DNA of 64,000 bases, taken from Mobula hypostoma. Its lineage: Eukaryota. The stretch lies in assembly GCF_963921235.1 (NCBI RefSeq), contig NC_086097.1, positions 165,790,001 to 165,854,000 of the forward strand, in the 5' to 3' direction. Shown in pieces: positions 36,538 through 48,029 of the stretch. A program made the position numbers and the translations under genes. Numbering within the stretch: position 1 is the first letter of the stretch; the number at the start of each line of letters is the position of its first letter. The notes beneath the pieces were generated by a model. That model was not told the DNA's origin. It saw only the letters and a list, made by a program, of their open reading frames with translations, and did no database searches.

Positions 36538-38841
36538 AAAGATGAGATTATGAACAGATGGACTGAGTATATTCAGGAATTGTTTGAAGACGATCCAGGC
36601 GAAAAACCAGGAATTAAGAAAAACATTGTAAGTCCAAGTATTTTAAAATCTGAAGTTTGTAATGCAATAAATAAGTTGAAGAAAGGAAAGGCAGCAGGTC
36701 CTGATGAATTAGTAATAGAACAAAATGTTGTCCTTGAAGATTATGGAATTGAAAAACTTACTGATTTAATCAATGACAATTATGAGACTGGAATAATACC
36801 AGAAGAGATGAAAAAATCAGTATTTATCACTCTTCCTAAGAAAGCTGGAGCAATAGAATGTGAATTACACAGGACCATAAGTTTAATGAGTCATATCACC
36901 AAGATACTTCGCAGAATTTTGATGACAAGAACTAAAAGTAAGTTACAAGCTGAAATAGGCAAAGAACAATGTGGTTTTGTGAAAGACAAAGGTACAAGAA
37001 ACACAATATTGATGTTAAGGATACTATCAGAACGAGCTATTCAAGTGCAAAAAGATTTGTTTGTTTGTTTTATCGACTACACAAAAGCATTTGATAAAGT
37101 GAAGCACAATAAGTTATTTGAAATACTACAGAAAACTCTAGATCTAGATTCGAAAGACCTTCGCCTAATCAGAAATCTGTACTGGGAACAAACTGCTGCT
37201 GTAAGAATAGATGGAGAAGTGAGTCAGTTTACAAAAATCAAGAGAGGTGTTAGACAAGGGTGTGTTTTCTCCCCTGATTTATTTAATGTGTACAGTGAAA
37301 CAATGTTACAAAAAATAAGTGACATCTTCAGAATCAAAGCTTTTATTTTAGATCAGATTATGAGGACACACAGTCCTCTTTTATTGTCATTTAGTGATGC
37401 ATGCATTAAGAAATGATACAATATTCCTCCAGAATGATATCACAGAAACACAAGACAAACAAGACTGAAAAACTGACAAAGACCACATAATTATAACAGA
37501 TAGTTACAACAGTGTAAAGCAATACTGTAATTTGATAAGAACAGACCATGGGCATGGTAAAAAAAAGTCTCAAAGTCTCTCGAAACTCCCATCATCTCAC
37601 GCAGATGAAGGAAGAAAAACTCTCCCTGCCATGAGCTTCCAGCGCCACAAACTTGCCGATGCAGCACCCGACCACAGCCGACTCTTGAGTCAGTCCGAAA
37701 ACTTCGAGCCTCCGACCAGCCCTCTGACACCGAGCACTGAGCATCATCTCTGCCGAGTGCTTTGACCCCGGCCCCAGCACCATGCAATAGGCAAAGCCGA
37801 GGATTTGGGGCCTTCCCCTCCGGAGATTCTCAATTGCACAGCAGTGGCAGCGAAGCGGGCATTTCAGAAGTTTCTCCAGATGTTCTTCCATGCTTCTTAC
37901 CGCTGTCTCCATCAAATCAGGATTGTGCATGGCATCCTACTTAGAAATACAATATCATTTCGGAGCGGCCGCGTGCGCTGTGTCGTGCCGCCATCTTCTC
38001 CTCCCCTCCTTTCAATCAAAGTTGGCGGTGAAAACATCAATAATTTCAGATATGCAAATGACACTGTGTTAATTGCAAGTACGGAAGAAGAACTACAAAA
38101 CTTAATTGATATAATTGTTGAAGAAAGTGCAAAAATGAGTCTATCTATCAATTGCAAAAAGACAGAATGTGTGGTGATATCCAAAAAGAAGGAGAGTCCT
38201 ATCTGCAGGCTGAGAATAAATGGAGAAGGCATAAAACATGTAAAGAACTTTTGCTACTTAGGAAGCTGGGTGACATTAGATGGCAGGTGCGACTTGGACA
38301 TCATAAGAAGAATAGGGATGGCAAAAGACACCTTTACGAGAGTGAAGAGTATACTGACCAATACTAAACTAGGCATGACAACCCGCCTCAGAGTACTGAA
38401 ATGTTACGTTTATCCAGTTATGTTATATGGCTCAGAATGTTGGACAATATCTAGTAACATGAGGAAATGAATTGTAGCAGCAAAGATGTGGTTTTTGAGG
38501 AGGATGCAAAGAATATCATGGATGAAACGAATATCTAACGAGGATGTCATGAACATAGCAAACGCAAAAAGAGAAATAATGTATGAGATCATGAAAAGGC
38601 AACGTAACTTCATTGGACATGTGATTAGGAAAGAGGAGTTAGAATGTACGGTTATTATGGGAAAGATTGAAGGGAAGAAAGCAAGAGGAAGATAAAGACA
38701 AATGATGCTGGAGACAGCAGCCAGAGAATTGGAAATGAATACCAATGAATTGATCCACTTGGCCCGAAACAGGAGTGTGTGGGCCTTGGCAGTCAAAGCT
38801 CAAACTGGGCATGGCACCTGATGATGATGATGATGATGATG
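36538..38841 (+). pseudogene. RTE-clade LINE, 5'-truncated RT pseudogene split by an insertion
   Basis: RT motifs GKAAGPDE, HRTISLMSH, EQCGF, FIDYTKAFDKV, GVRQGCVFSPDLFN (36550-37339), resuming IKVGGENINNFRYANDTVLIA, FCYLGS, LYGSECW at 38014. YADD is mutated to YAND and internal stops are present. (GAT)n tail at 38819-38843. TSD ATATAAA at 36531-36537 and 38842-38848. Confidence 0.9.
37340..38013 (-). mobile_element. Non-autonomous SINE-like retroelement inserted in the RTE
   Basis: TSD AATCAAAG at 37332-37339 and 38014-38021. GC-rich 5' end GGAGGAGAAGATGGCGGC. The 3' end has AATAAA, a GAGGAC-n5-GTCCTC hairpin and a TAATC-type tail. A short 3' copy lies at about 45695-45766. Confidence 0.8.
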
Positions 38842-39879
38842 ATATAAAGTAGAAATAATGTATGTACAGTGTAGTTTCACTTAACAGAATTGGGAAGATT
38901 AAGCCAAAACCGATTTGTAGAAAAAAATCTGCACGTACATGCATGTACACACAGGTGCCCGCACAAGGCTTCATGGTCATGGTAGTCTTTCTCAGGGTAA
39001 ACACAAGTGTGCCGTATTTGACTGCTACTTTTTTCCCTAATTTGGGAGTGAGAAAGTTGGGAACCCTAGTTTTCCTTCATCTTACCGTTCCTGAAGTCCA
39101 CAATCAGCTCTTTTGTCTTACTGACGTTCAGTGGTTGCTGTGGCACCTCTCCACTAGTTGGGATATCTCACTCCTGTACGCCCTCTCGTCAACACCTGAG
39201 ATTCTACCAACGATGGTTGTATCATTGACAAATTTATAGATGGTATTTGAACTATGCCCAGTCACACAGTCATATGTATACAGAGAGTAGAGCAGTGGGT
39301 TAAGCACACACCCCTGAGGTACGCCAGTGTTGATCATCAGCGAGGAGGATATGTGATCATCAATCCTCACCGATTGTGGTCTTCTGGTTAGGAAGTTGAG
39401 GATCAAATTGCAGACGGAGGTACAGAGGCCCAGGTTCTGCAACTTCTCAATCAGGATTGTGGGAATGATGGTATTAAATGCTGAGCTATAGTACAGAGGT
39501 ACTGTGGTGAGTATTCTGACAGGTTACATTGGTAAATTGGTTTATTATTGTCACAGGTACTGAGGTACAGTTAAAAAAACTGTTTTGTATGCTATATATA
39601 CAGATCATTCCATCGCGTCAGTAAATCAGGGTAAATTGTTTTGAAAATGTTTGATCAAGAAACAGATGTTGCCAAGGTATGATGCAGGATTTCGACCTGA
39701 AACGTTGACAGTCCCATTTCTCACATTGATTTTGCTGGACCCCGTTAGTTCTGTCGTTCTTTTCACAGATTCGGTCTGTCTGACCGATTTTATTGCTGAA
39801 ACAAAGTTAATTTTTCAGATCCTCGCCGACCTCTAATCAGAACCCTCTGCTGGAGAGTTCCACGTTCCAGTGGTTCAAG

Positions 39880-40760
39880 AGCGATTCCCTTTGCTGCGAA
39901 GAGTTCGAAAGAGGCGCTCCTTCCGCCGCCTGAAGGCTGGTCACCGGGAGCGTGCTCGCTCCAGCGACCGGCAGGCGCGGAGCAGGCCAGCGCGCTCCGG
40001 GGATCTGGTCGGACGTGAGTGCGCGCACGTCGACGTCCTGCAGAGCAGGAGAGTGAGACGGAGCGGCGCCGGGGGGTGGGGAGGGGGGAGGGGGAAGAGG
40101 GTGGGAAAAAAAAATCGGATAAAATAAGCATCGGGCGCCATCAGGCAGCAACTCGGTGTCCCTGTGAGCCGACCATGGCTAAACTGGAGCAAGTGTTGAT
40201 ACTAGATCCGCCTATCGAGCTCAAATTCAAAGGTGACAGCCTGCCCGGCTGAACTTTTATTTATTTAATTTTCAATTATTAATAATTGTGTGAAATGTAT
40301 TTTATTCAGCGGGCAGCGCTGAGTTGTCTCTTCGCCCTTTTTCTACCCCGCTCTACTCCCTGTTCTTTCCCACACCAAGCTCCATTGTAGGTGGAGGGGC
40401 GGGCGGCATGCCTGGCTGTCAGGAGTGGCGGAGTAAGGGAGGGGCGGCGTTGTCCTGGTTCCCGGCCCGGTCCCGCAGAGCGTGGGCCCCGCCAGCTCTG
40501 ACTCAGGGCCGCCGGCAGCCGCCATTTTGGGCCAGGCGCACCTATAGCCCGGCTCAGGCCGCGCACAGTGCCTCGGCCTCTCGTAGAAAAGGGGCCGCTG
40601 GACACCACGCCCGGCGTGGAGTGAGACGTTGATTTTTTAAATATCTGAGGGGTTGGTGTCCTGTCCCAGCTCACATGAACTTTAAGCAGCGATGGGGGGT
40701 GGGGGTGGGTTTGATGCGGAAAGCGGGGCTGCAGGCTCTAGGCAGAGGCGGGGTCCCCCT
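39880..40760 (+). promoter_or_regulatory. CpG island / promoter region of VAPA
   Basis: Abrupt GC- and CpG-rich, transposon-free segment spanning exon 1. GGGCGG boxes at about 40397 and 40442, and YY1 consensus GCCGCCATTTTG at 40518-40529. Confidence 0.85.
40175..40232 (+). CDS. VAPA: VAMP-associated protein A, first coding exon (start of the MSP domain)
   Basis: Strong Kozak context GACCATGG. Translates MAKLEQVLILDPPIELKFK(G). The 58-nt phase-1 exon ends AAG|GTGACA as in vertebrate VAP genes. LDPP..LKFKG and the neighbouring RAB31 favour VAPA over VAPB. Confidence 0.92.
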
Positions 40761-43367
40761 TCATCGTTGCCACTAAAATCTCGTTCTACAGGCGCACACA
40801 TCCAAATTTAATTTCCAAACAGGTCTCCCTATCTCTATTTAACACTGTGGTGGAAGGGGGAGGGGCTTATTTCCACCTTGAAATGGCAACGTGCCCTGCG
40901 TACTTGAAAATTTCAAGGAATTCCAACAAAATCTGCTGAAATGCTGCATGGTTAAGAATTAATACATTTTGGCACATGGTGTCTCTTCTCCCACTTAATA
41001 TTTTTAATATAATTTGGGGGTCCTACTTCAAACGCCATCGAAGTTGGGCGCAGGTTTCAGTGTTTCGATTACTGTTCATTATTTTTCGATTCTAAATATA
41101 TAGGATTTGTTGAGACAATCGATTAGATGACTTAAGTATGTTTGATTTGATAGAGTAAGATTCTTTGCTGAAGTAAGACTCAGTTTGTGTTACAGGCTGT
41201 GGGAGGTTTCTGGTGGGGTCAGGGTAAAAATAGTCTGTCAAAAATTTATTTTCATGACTGGATGCCAAAATTGGGCTATGGCTAGTTGATGAGGAGAAAT
41301 TCAGTACTGCACATTCTGTTTGGCTGCCTTAATAAGATATTGCTGTGGTGGTCTCATTGACTCTATACTATGGTAATGCCTAGCTCCGCCCAAAGTGCCA
41401 ACGAGGCTGTTGGAAGCGCGACTGAGCTGCGATCTATGCCCTTTGACACCAGGTGGATTATGTTTCTTCTCAATATCGCTAGGCTTCGTTCCAAAGAACT
41501 GATCCAATACGCACATTTTGTACTGTTGCAAATTTATCACCGATTTTCAGATAAGGTTTGAGGTTTGATTTTTAAAATTGTGCTGCTTACTTGCAAGCAG
41601 ACACGCTGAAGGAGGCTGTGTTTCATCATAAATTTTACATAAGAAAAATAACAGTATTAAAGATACAAACAAATTTATGCTTCACTTGCTATTTAAGGTT
41701 TATTGTTTTTGGATTTACTTTATGATGAAATTGCCCTGTTTTCAGTTTATGACTTAAATTTATTCTCAGACTTGGTACATGATGGATTTAAATCACCACA
41801 TTTTTTTCAAACAATTTGATAATTGTAGCACTCAACTTCTCATAAAGGTGGCCTTTCATCTTGCATTTAATCTTTTCTCTGGAGAGTGATTTTAAACAAA
41901 TAAAAACTTTCATCCCAGTTTCCATCAGTGGTGGAACTCCTGATGCAGGAGTCTTACCTTCTGCCTCTCTGCAGGTCTCACATTTAGGGAATAGATGTTA
42001 AGAAGTAGTTAATACCAAGAAGTAGAAGACAGGAGGTTGGTAAGAGGCTGAATGGAACATAGCAATCTAATGGTGCTTGAAGGTTTTGGCATAGCAGTAA
42101 TTGTAAGTAATGTGAGAGAAATGTCAAAAGATGATCCTTGTGATTGAAAGGATATTGAATTGAATGTGATGTCAAAGTTATGAATAGTTCATTCATGTAG
42201 CTTATGTTTCTAGATGATGTCATTTGTAAGGAATATGAATAATATAGGATATAGGAAAGATGATTTGGTTCCCTCATCTTTAAAAAATATTGCAATTCAT
42301 CCAGGAAATAATGGGAATGGCCTCAATATTTGACTGTCATGTCACTGGAAACATTTTTCCCACATCTCACTGCTGTTTCACCTGTGCTTCAGCTTAACTC
42401 CTGAAACTGTTAACCATGCCCTTTTCTTAACTTTGGAATTGACTTTACAGACCTGTGTATATTTGTACTAATCCAAGGTGTATCTTAACTCACTCTTAAG
42501 ATTTTACTCATCACTTAGGGCCATCCTATAAATTGTATTTGCAATTTGGAGAGAGTGTTGAGCTGTCTTTGTCAACCACTGAAACGAATCCTTGCAAAAC
42601 CATTAGGTAAGGAGTTCTAGGATTTTGAAGTAAGTGCAGTGTAGTTCTCTTGCTATCCAAAAATCTTTCATTCTAAGTTTAAAATAAGCACAATTACTGC
42701 ATCCCCTTATTCCTCTGGAGTAGAAGTTTCCAACATTCACCCTTTGAAGAAACCGTGCTTCATCACAGTTTTAAATGGCTTATCCTATCATCTGAGACTG
42801 TGACTCCTTGTTCTATACTCCAGCCAGGGAAAGTTCTCTGCCTTCATCCTGTAAGAATTTTGTATGTTTCAATGAGGTTGCCTTTCCTTCTTCTAAATTT
42901 TAGAGAATACAAGCCGAGTCTACTCAGCCTTCAGACTTGCTATCTCTAGAATCAATACAATGAATTCATAGTAAGCATAGTCTTTTTAATGAGGCAGAAA
43001 CTCTAGACAGTACTCTCAGTTGATGTCTCCAAGGCTGTGCATACTTTCAGGATGTACTTTTACCCATGTATTTAAATCCATGTGATAAAGTGGTTTATTA
43101 TCACATGTACAGTGAAAACCTTTGCATGCAATCCATAGAGATCATTTCGTTACAATGGTGCATTGTGGTAGTAAAGGCTTACTTGTTACTTGCATTCCTA
43201 AATGCTAGTTTCTAGTAATTTTGTCACCTTTGAACATGATTATTTTGCTGGCAGTCTCAAATATTTCATTTATTTTGTATGCCTAATTGAATTACTCACA
43301 TTTTGTATCTTATAAATTGAAGCCTTGAAAATAATAATAGCTGGACTGATAAATGTATATTAGTGGA

Positions 43368-44443
43368 CTAGACAACGGTGTGACCCATTGGGGCACCCTT
43401 TGAGAGAGGGGTAGTGCAGTCTGATGTGACCAGATTGAACATTAAATTTTCCTGAATGCTATTGGTATCGCTTTGCTTTGGAAACTGAAGTAGAAAACCT
43501 CAGTTTATTAAAGAAGGACGATATGTAGCAAAGCAAATATAGCTCCTCGTTTAACGAAGGACATTTTTGATGGCGTCATTTCTGGTTTATCTGCCACCCT
43601 TGTGCCTCTGGTTGTCATTCTGGAGGTGTGCAGTCCTCTCATCCCCCATCTCTTCATCTCTTCTGTTGTTTGTTGTTTGTCTCTGATCCTGGAGACGTGC
43701 ATGCCTCTCCTCTTCTGTCTCTTCTTCTCTCATCTGTTTTTGTCCTGGAGTCGTGCGGCCCTGGAATCATCCGATTCTTGTTCTCTCCCTCTCCTTGCCG
43801 CTTCCTGATGACGTTTGGCGTCATCTCTTGACCATAATGTCCCCCTTCCCTTTCCATGTGGCATAATTAGGCTGACCGTTTTTTTTTTAACCCTAATGCT
43901 GGGTAGAAGATATGAAGCAGTAACACCAAAGGATGCTGATTATTCTTCATGATGTGGTTGGCTCTCTCCTAAATGAATGTGATATAGTCACCGCTGTCCT
44001 TTGACTGCAGCAAAGGGTTTGATGGGTGTCTTGAAGTATGTCATTACAATAAGAAGTAATTATCTCTTATTGATGGGTGACAGTTAGATCTGTCCCAATC
44101 CTGCACATGCTGATGGTGATTAGCAGAATGTGACCCCTCGAAGTAGAGCTGCCCTGCCCTTTTGCTCCGGTCGGTGTCGCTGCTGAGGCTGGCCGTGCGC
44201 ATGCGTCAGGCTGTCGCATCCCGATTTCCATGATGGCTGATTGGGTCTCGGGTGAAAGCCAGCCTGCTGATTTTTGGCGAATGAGCAATTTTATACAAAT
44301 ATATAACCCTGAACTTTGCCTGCATTCTGTAAGTTAACGCATTTTAATTCGATTTAGCCAAAAAAAGTGCCGCTGTAATGCACCGTTTGAGCTAATTGGA
44401 GGTCACAAACAGACAGAGCATGAGTGCTTTAGTAGTCTATAGA
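43368..44443 (-). mobile_element. Non-autonomous Helitron in VAPA intron 1
   Basis: The minus strand begins A|TCTATAGACTACTAAAG and ends GTCTAG|T (A/T insertion, no TSD). Subterminal hairpin at 43380-43396. Internal relic of 23-aa STPR-like repeats at 43599-43834. Confidence 0.75.
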
Positions 44444-44918
44444 TAAGTTCAGTGTTAAATCGGGTACTTAAGTTTGGATTCAAAGTGTAGAAACTTAAGT
44501 TTTCAAAACTTCAATATCCAGTTGTTAGTTGAAAGAATGAAAATCCACCTGTAAAAATTTCTGTATGGGATTGTGTTTAACAATAATGATCAATTTGTAT
44601 ATTTTTAAAATTGTACTGTTGGTTGAAATATCAATATTAGTTTCTGCAGTACATTTGTAATGGAAATGCTTCAGCTTCAGGATGTTTAAGACATGTCAGT
44701 GTGAGGGAGGTTTGCAAGGTGATGGAGTGGTGCAACTCTTAACAGCAACTGGTTTATATTTGCATTTAAGCTTTGCATTTATTCTTGGGGTGCATGAGTT
44801 AGTGAGATTGACATCCTCATTATTTTGATGATAAAATCTGATATATTGTACATATGTAGGCTGACCAAGAAGAGGGATCAAGATCAGTGCCAAAGGTAAT
44901 TTGCTGGAGGAACTAAGC

Positions 44919-46138
44919 CAGGGGTCCCCAACCTTCTTTGCACCGTGGACCGGTTTAATTTTGACAATATTCTTGCAGACCGGCCGACCGGAGGTGTGGG
45001 GGTGGGGGGGGGGCGTGGAGGGGTGTTAGTCACGACCGGAATATAGGTGATAAGTCAACTATAAGTCACTTATAAGTGGCTAATACACTCAATTTCGTTT
45101 CTAAAAGGGTTTATCAAACAAATTTAATATTAAACACACAGCGCATATTTTCCTCGCATGAATATAGTGATAAGTCAATTATAACAGTGGTACCCAACCT
45201 CCGGGCCACAAACCGATACATTGCTGCGAAGCATGCAGCGATGGCCGGAACGCAGCAGTGGCCTCTGATCTGGGCCGACATTTACGTGCCGGGCAGCACC
45301 TAATTAATTAGCTTGTTTATTTCGGCTTTTTTTCTTAAAGATATGCTGGCTGTGTTCCGGCCACTGCTGCATTCTTCGCGGCAGTGTATCGGTCCATGGC
45401 CTGGAGGTTGGGGACTACTCACTTATAAGTCAATAGCATCATAACATTTTAAGTAATGTTTGGATATTAAACACACAGCACATATTTTCCTCGTATGGAC
45501 ATATAAAATCATTGCAACACACCAATATCGCTGAATCAGTGGGAGCCCTGGGCTTGTTTTCCTGCAACAAGACGGTCCCATCGAGGGGTGATGGGAGACA
45601 GCAATACTCGAAGGGGTTTCCTTATGTCTAGTCTATTCCGCAATTTAGTTTTCGTTGCATTCATTGCAGAAAACTCCGCTTTGCAGCGATATTGTATCAT
45701 TTCTTAATGCATGCATTACTAAATGACAATAAAAGAGGACTGCATGTCCTCATAATCTAATCTAATGATGTTGGAAATGGAAGCAATGTTTTCAGTGCTT
45801 TCATGGCTATCTCAGGATATTCAGCCTTGACTTTGATCCAGAATGCCGGCAGAGATGTTATGTCAAACATACTTTTCAGCCCACCAACATTTGCAAGGTC
45901 AAGGAGTTGATCTTTTTCCCTGCACTGACATGGATGATTCACCGGGGACATTCACAAATGGGTCACGGACCTATTTCTTTGCGCGATTTGGGTCACTGAT
46001 GACCTCGCGTGTGTTCAAGTTCAACAGTGGGCGTGACAGGGAATGAGGAAAGGTGCAGCTGACTCATATCGCCAGATCATATTGCTTCCTTGAGGCCCGA
46101 CAGCACATGCTTTGCGGCCCGGTGGTTGGGGACCACTG
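44919..46138 (-). mobile_element. hAT-Charlie/Buster family (Charlie3/MER1-like) internally deleted transposon
   Basis: TIRs CAGGGGTCCCCAACC / GGTTGGGGACCACTG. TSD AACTAAGC (44911-18) and AACTATGC (46139-46). Dimerisation-domain relic FWIKVKAEYPEIAMKALKTLLPFPTS..C.AEFSAMNATKTKLRNRLDI...AGKQAQGSH* (stop at 45536-38). Confidence 0.9.
45185..45420. mobile_element. hAT MITE nested in the Charlie-like element (same family as 25223-25554)
   Basis: TIRs CAGTGGTACCCAACCTCC / GGAGGTTGGGGACTACTC. TSD AATTATAA (45177-84) and ACTTATAA (45421-28). The interior GCCTCTGATCTGGGCCGACATTTAC...TAATTAATTAGCTTGTTTATTTCGGC matches 25388-25470. Confidence 0.8.
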
Positions 46139-46249
46139 AACTATGCAGTTTGAACAGCGTGTGTGTGTGTGTGTGTATTCTCAACATTGCAGGTTGAAGC
46201 CCTGCATCAACATCTGCTGTCTCCTGTGTCTCTAATGTTAGGAATGATT

Positions 46250-48012
46250 CTGAGCAGTTTGATCAAAGGAGCAAGGAGGTATCAAAGATGCCAAGAGATT
46301 GTATCAGTCCAAAATTGAGGCTAGACCAGCCGTTAATTGTGACAGGATTTATGTGCTATAGTGGACTACGAAACAAAGTTGGGCAGCATTACTGATAACA
46401 GCACATCCCTTCCTGATTAACTTAACACATTCTATGCAAATTTTTAACAGAAGGGAGTTGATGTATAACCTCCCACCTGGATAACCTTCGGTGCACTGAA
46501 CCCATAGTCACTGCTGCAGATGCAAGTTCAGTCTTCTAAAGAGTCAACCCACACAAAGCATCAGGCCTAGATGGTGTTCCTGTTTGTGTCCTTGGATATT
46601 ATGCAGATCATCTGGTGGATGTAATTGCAGACATTTTTAACCTCTCCGTGGTTGTCACCTGCTTTAAGAAGACCACTATCATCCCAGTACATAAATAAAA
46701 CGATAACCAGCCTAAATGACTGCTGCCAGGGCTCAAATGTCTATCATCATGACATGGCATATATTCAGCCTTTCAGGCAAACCTGTCCCAGTACAATTCA
46801 CCTACTGATGAAGCAAGTCTACAATGGACGCTGTCTTCCTAGCCTTACACTCCTCCCTGAAGCACCTGGACAGTAAAGAGACAAAAATCAGGCTATCGTT
46901 TATTGACTATAGCTCCAACTTCAATACTATAATTTTAAACAAACTCATCACCAATGCCTTCCTCTGCAATTGGATTCTCTATTACCTGATGAGTAGATTG
47001 AAATCAGTAAGGATGGGCAGCAATAGTTCTGCCATGATTATTGTAAACACTGGGGTTCCACAAGTTTGTGTCCTCAGCCCCCTACTCTACTGCCTATACA
47101 CTCATTACAGCATAGCAAGTTTCTATTTTAACTCCACGTACAGGTTTGTAGGTGATAGCGTAGTAAGCTATATCTCAAAAACTCCAGACCTGGTGTATAG
47201 GAAGGAGATGAGAGCTTAGTAACATGGTGTAATGACAAAAAAAACTTCCCTCAATATCAGCAAAACAAAAGAGCATGCCTTTGACATCAAGAACATTGGG
47301 GGGATGAGGGTGGTGCACATGCTTTTTCTGCATCAATGATGTTGAGGTTGAGAACTTCAGGTTCCTAGGAGTGAACATCACCAAGCCTGTTCTGATCCAA
47401 CCACTTGGAAGCCATGGCCAAAAAGCTCACCAGGAAGTTAATAGGAATTTGGCCCATCAACCCATCCCAATTTTTATCAATACACTATAAGAAAACACCC
47501 TATTTGGAAGCTTGGAATAGCAACTGCTGTGCATAGGGTTGCAAGAAACTGCAGAGAGTTGTGGGCATAGCTCAAAGTATCACAGAAACCAGAATCCCCC
47601 CTCATGGACTCCTGTGTATACTTCTCACTGCTTCAGTAAAGCAGCCAATATAGACCCCATCCACCTTGGACATTATCTCTTGTCTCCTCATACATTGGAC
47701 AGAAGATACAAAAGCCTGAAAGTATGGGCTCAAGGAAAGTTTCCACCCTGCTGTGAATGGTAGCGTATTGATTGAGGTGACTGTAATATGACTAGATGGA
47801 CTCTTAACTTCAGTCTACCTTATTTTGATCTTACACCTTATCATCTACCTACACTGTACTTTCTCTGTAGCTGTTACACTTTATTCTGCATTATGGAATT
47901 GTTTACCTCATCCTACCTCAATGCACTGTGTACTGATTTGATCTGCATGATCAATATACAAAATAAGCTTTTCACTGTGTCTCAGTATATGTGACAATAA
48001 TAATCTAATTCC
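46250..48012 (+). mobile_element. Degraded Rex1/Babar LINE
   Basis: KASGLDGVP, FIDYSSNFNTII, NTGVPQVCVLSPLLYCLYTH, with many frameshifts. The 3' end is TGTGACAATAATAATCTAATT. The 5' boundary is approximate. Confidence 0.75.
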
Positions 48013-48029
48013 ATTTTAAATTTAATTTT

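Larger units (their letters stand above)
36007..39068. mobile_element. hAT (Blackjack-like TIR) non-autonomous element containing Tigger-derived sequence
   Basis: TIRs TAGGGTTGCCAACT / AGTTGGGAACCCTA. 8-bp TSD GTGTTCCT (35999-36006) and GTTTTCCT (39069-39076). Confidence 0.8.
35239..39491 (-). mobile_element. Rex1/Babar LINE, 5'-truncated, interrupted by a hAT MITE
   Basis: RT fragment (39128-39491) [10 protein letters not shown]...[22 protein letters not shown]...[11 protein letters not shown]. The C-terminal part (MENILTGCSTVWYG...KKLQRVV) lies at 35538-36006. TSD TACAGA at 35233-35238 and 39492-39497. Confidence 0.85.

Noticed and set aside
39679..39712. Active hammerhead just upstream of the VAPA promoter
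   Set aside because: The core reads ATGATGC instead of CTGANGA, so it is a decayed PLE end. The motifs at about 22450, 34150 and 46190 are similarly decayed.
40019..40252. 77-aa single-exon ORF over VAPA exon 1
   Set aside because: It starts at a GTG in the 5' region and runs through the splice donor. Homology covers only 40175-40232.
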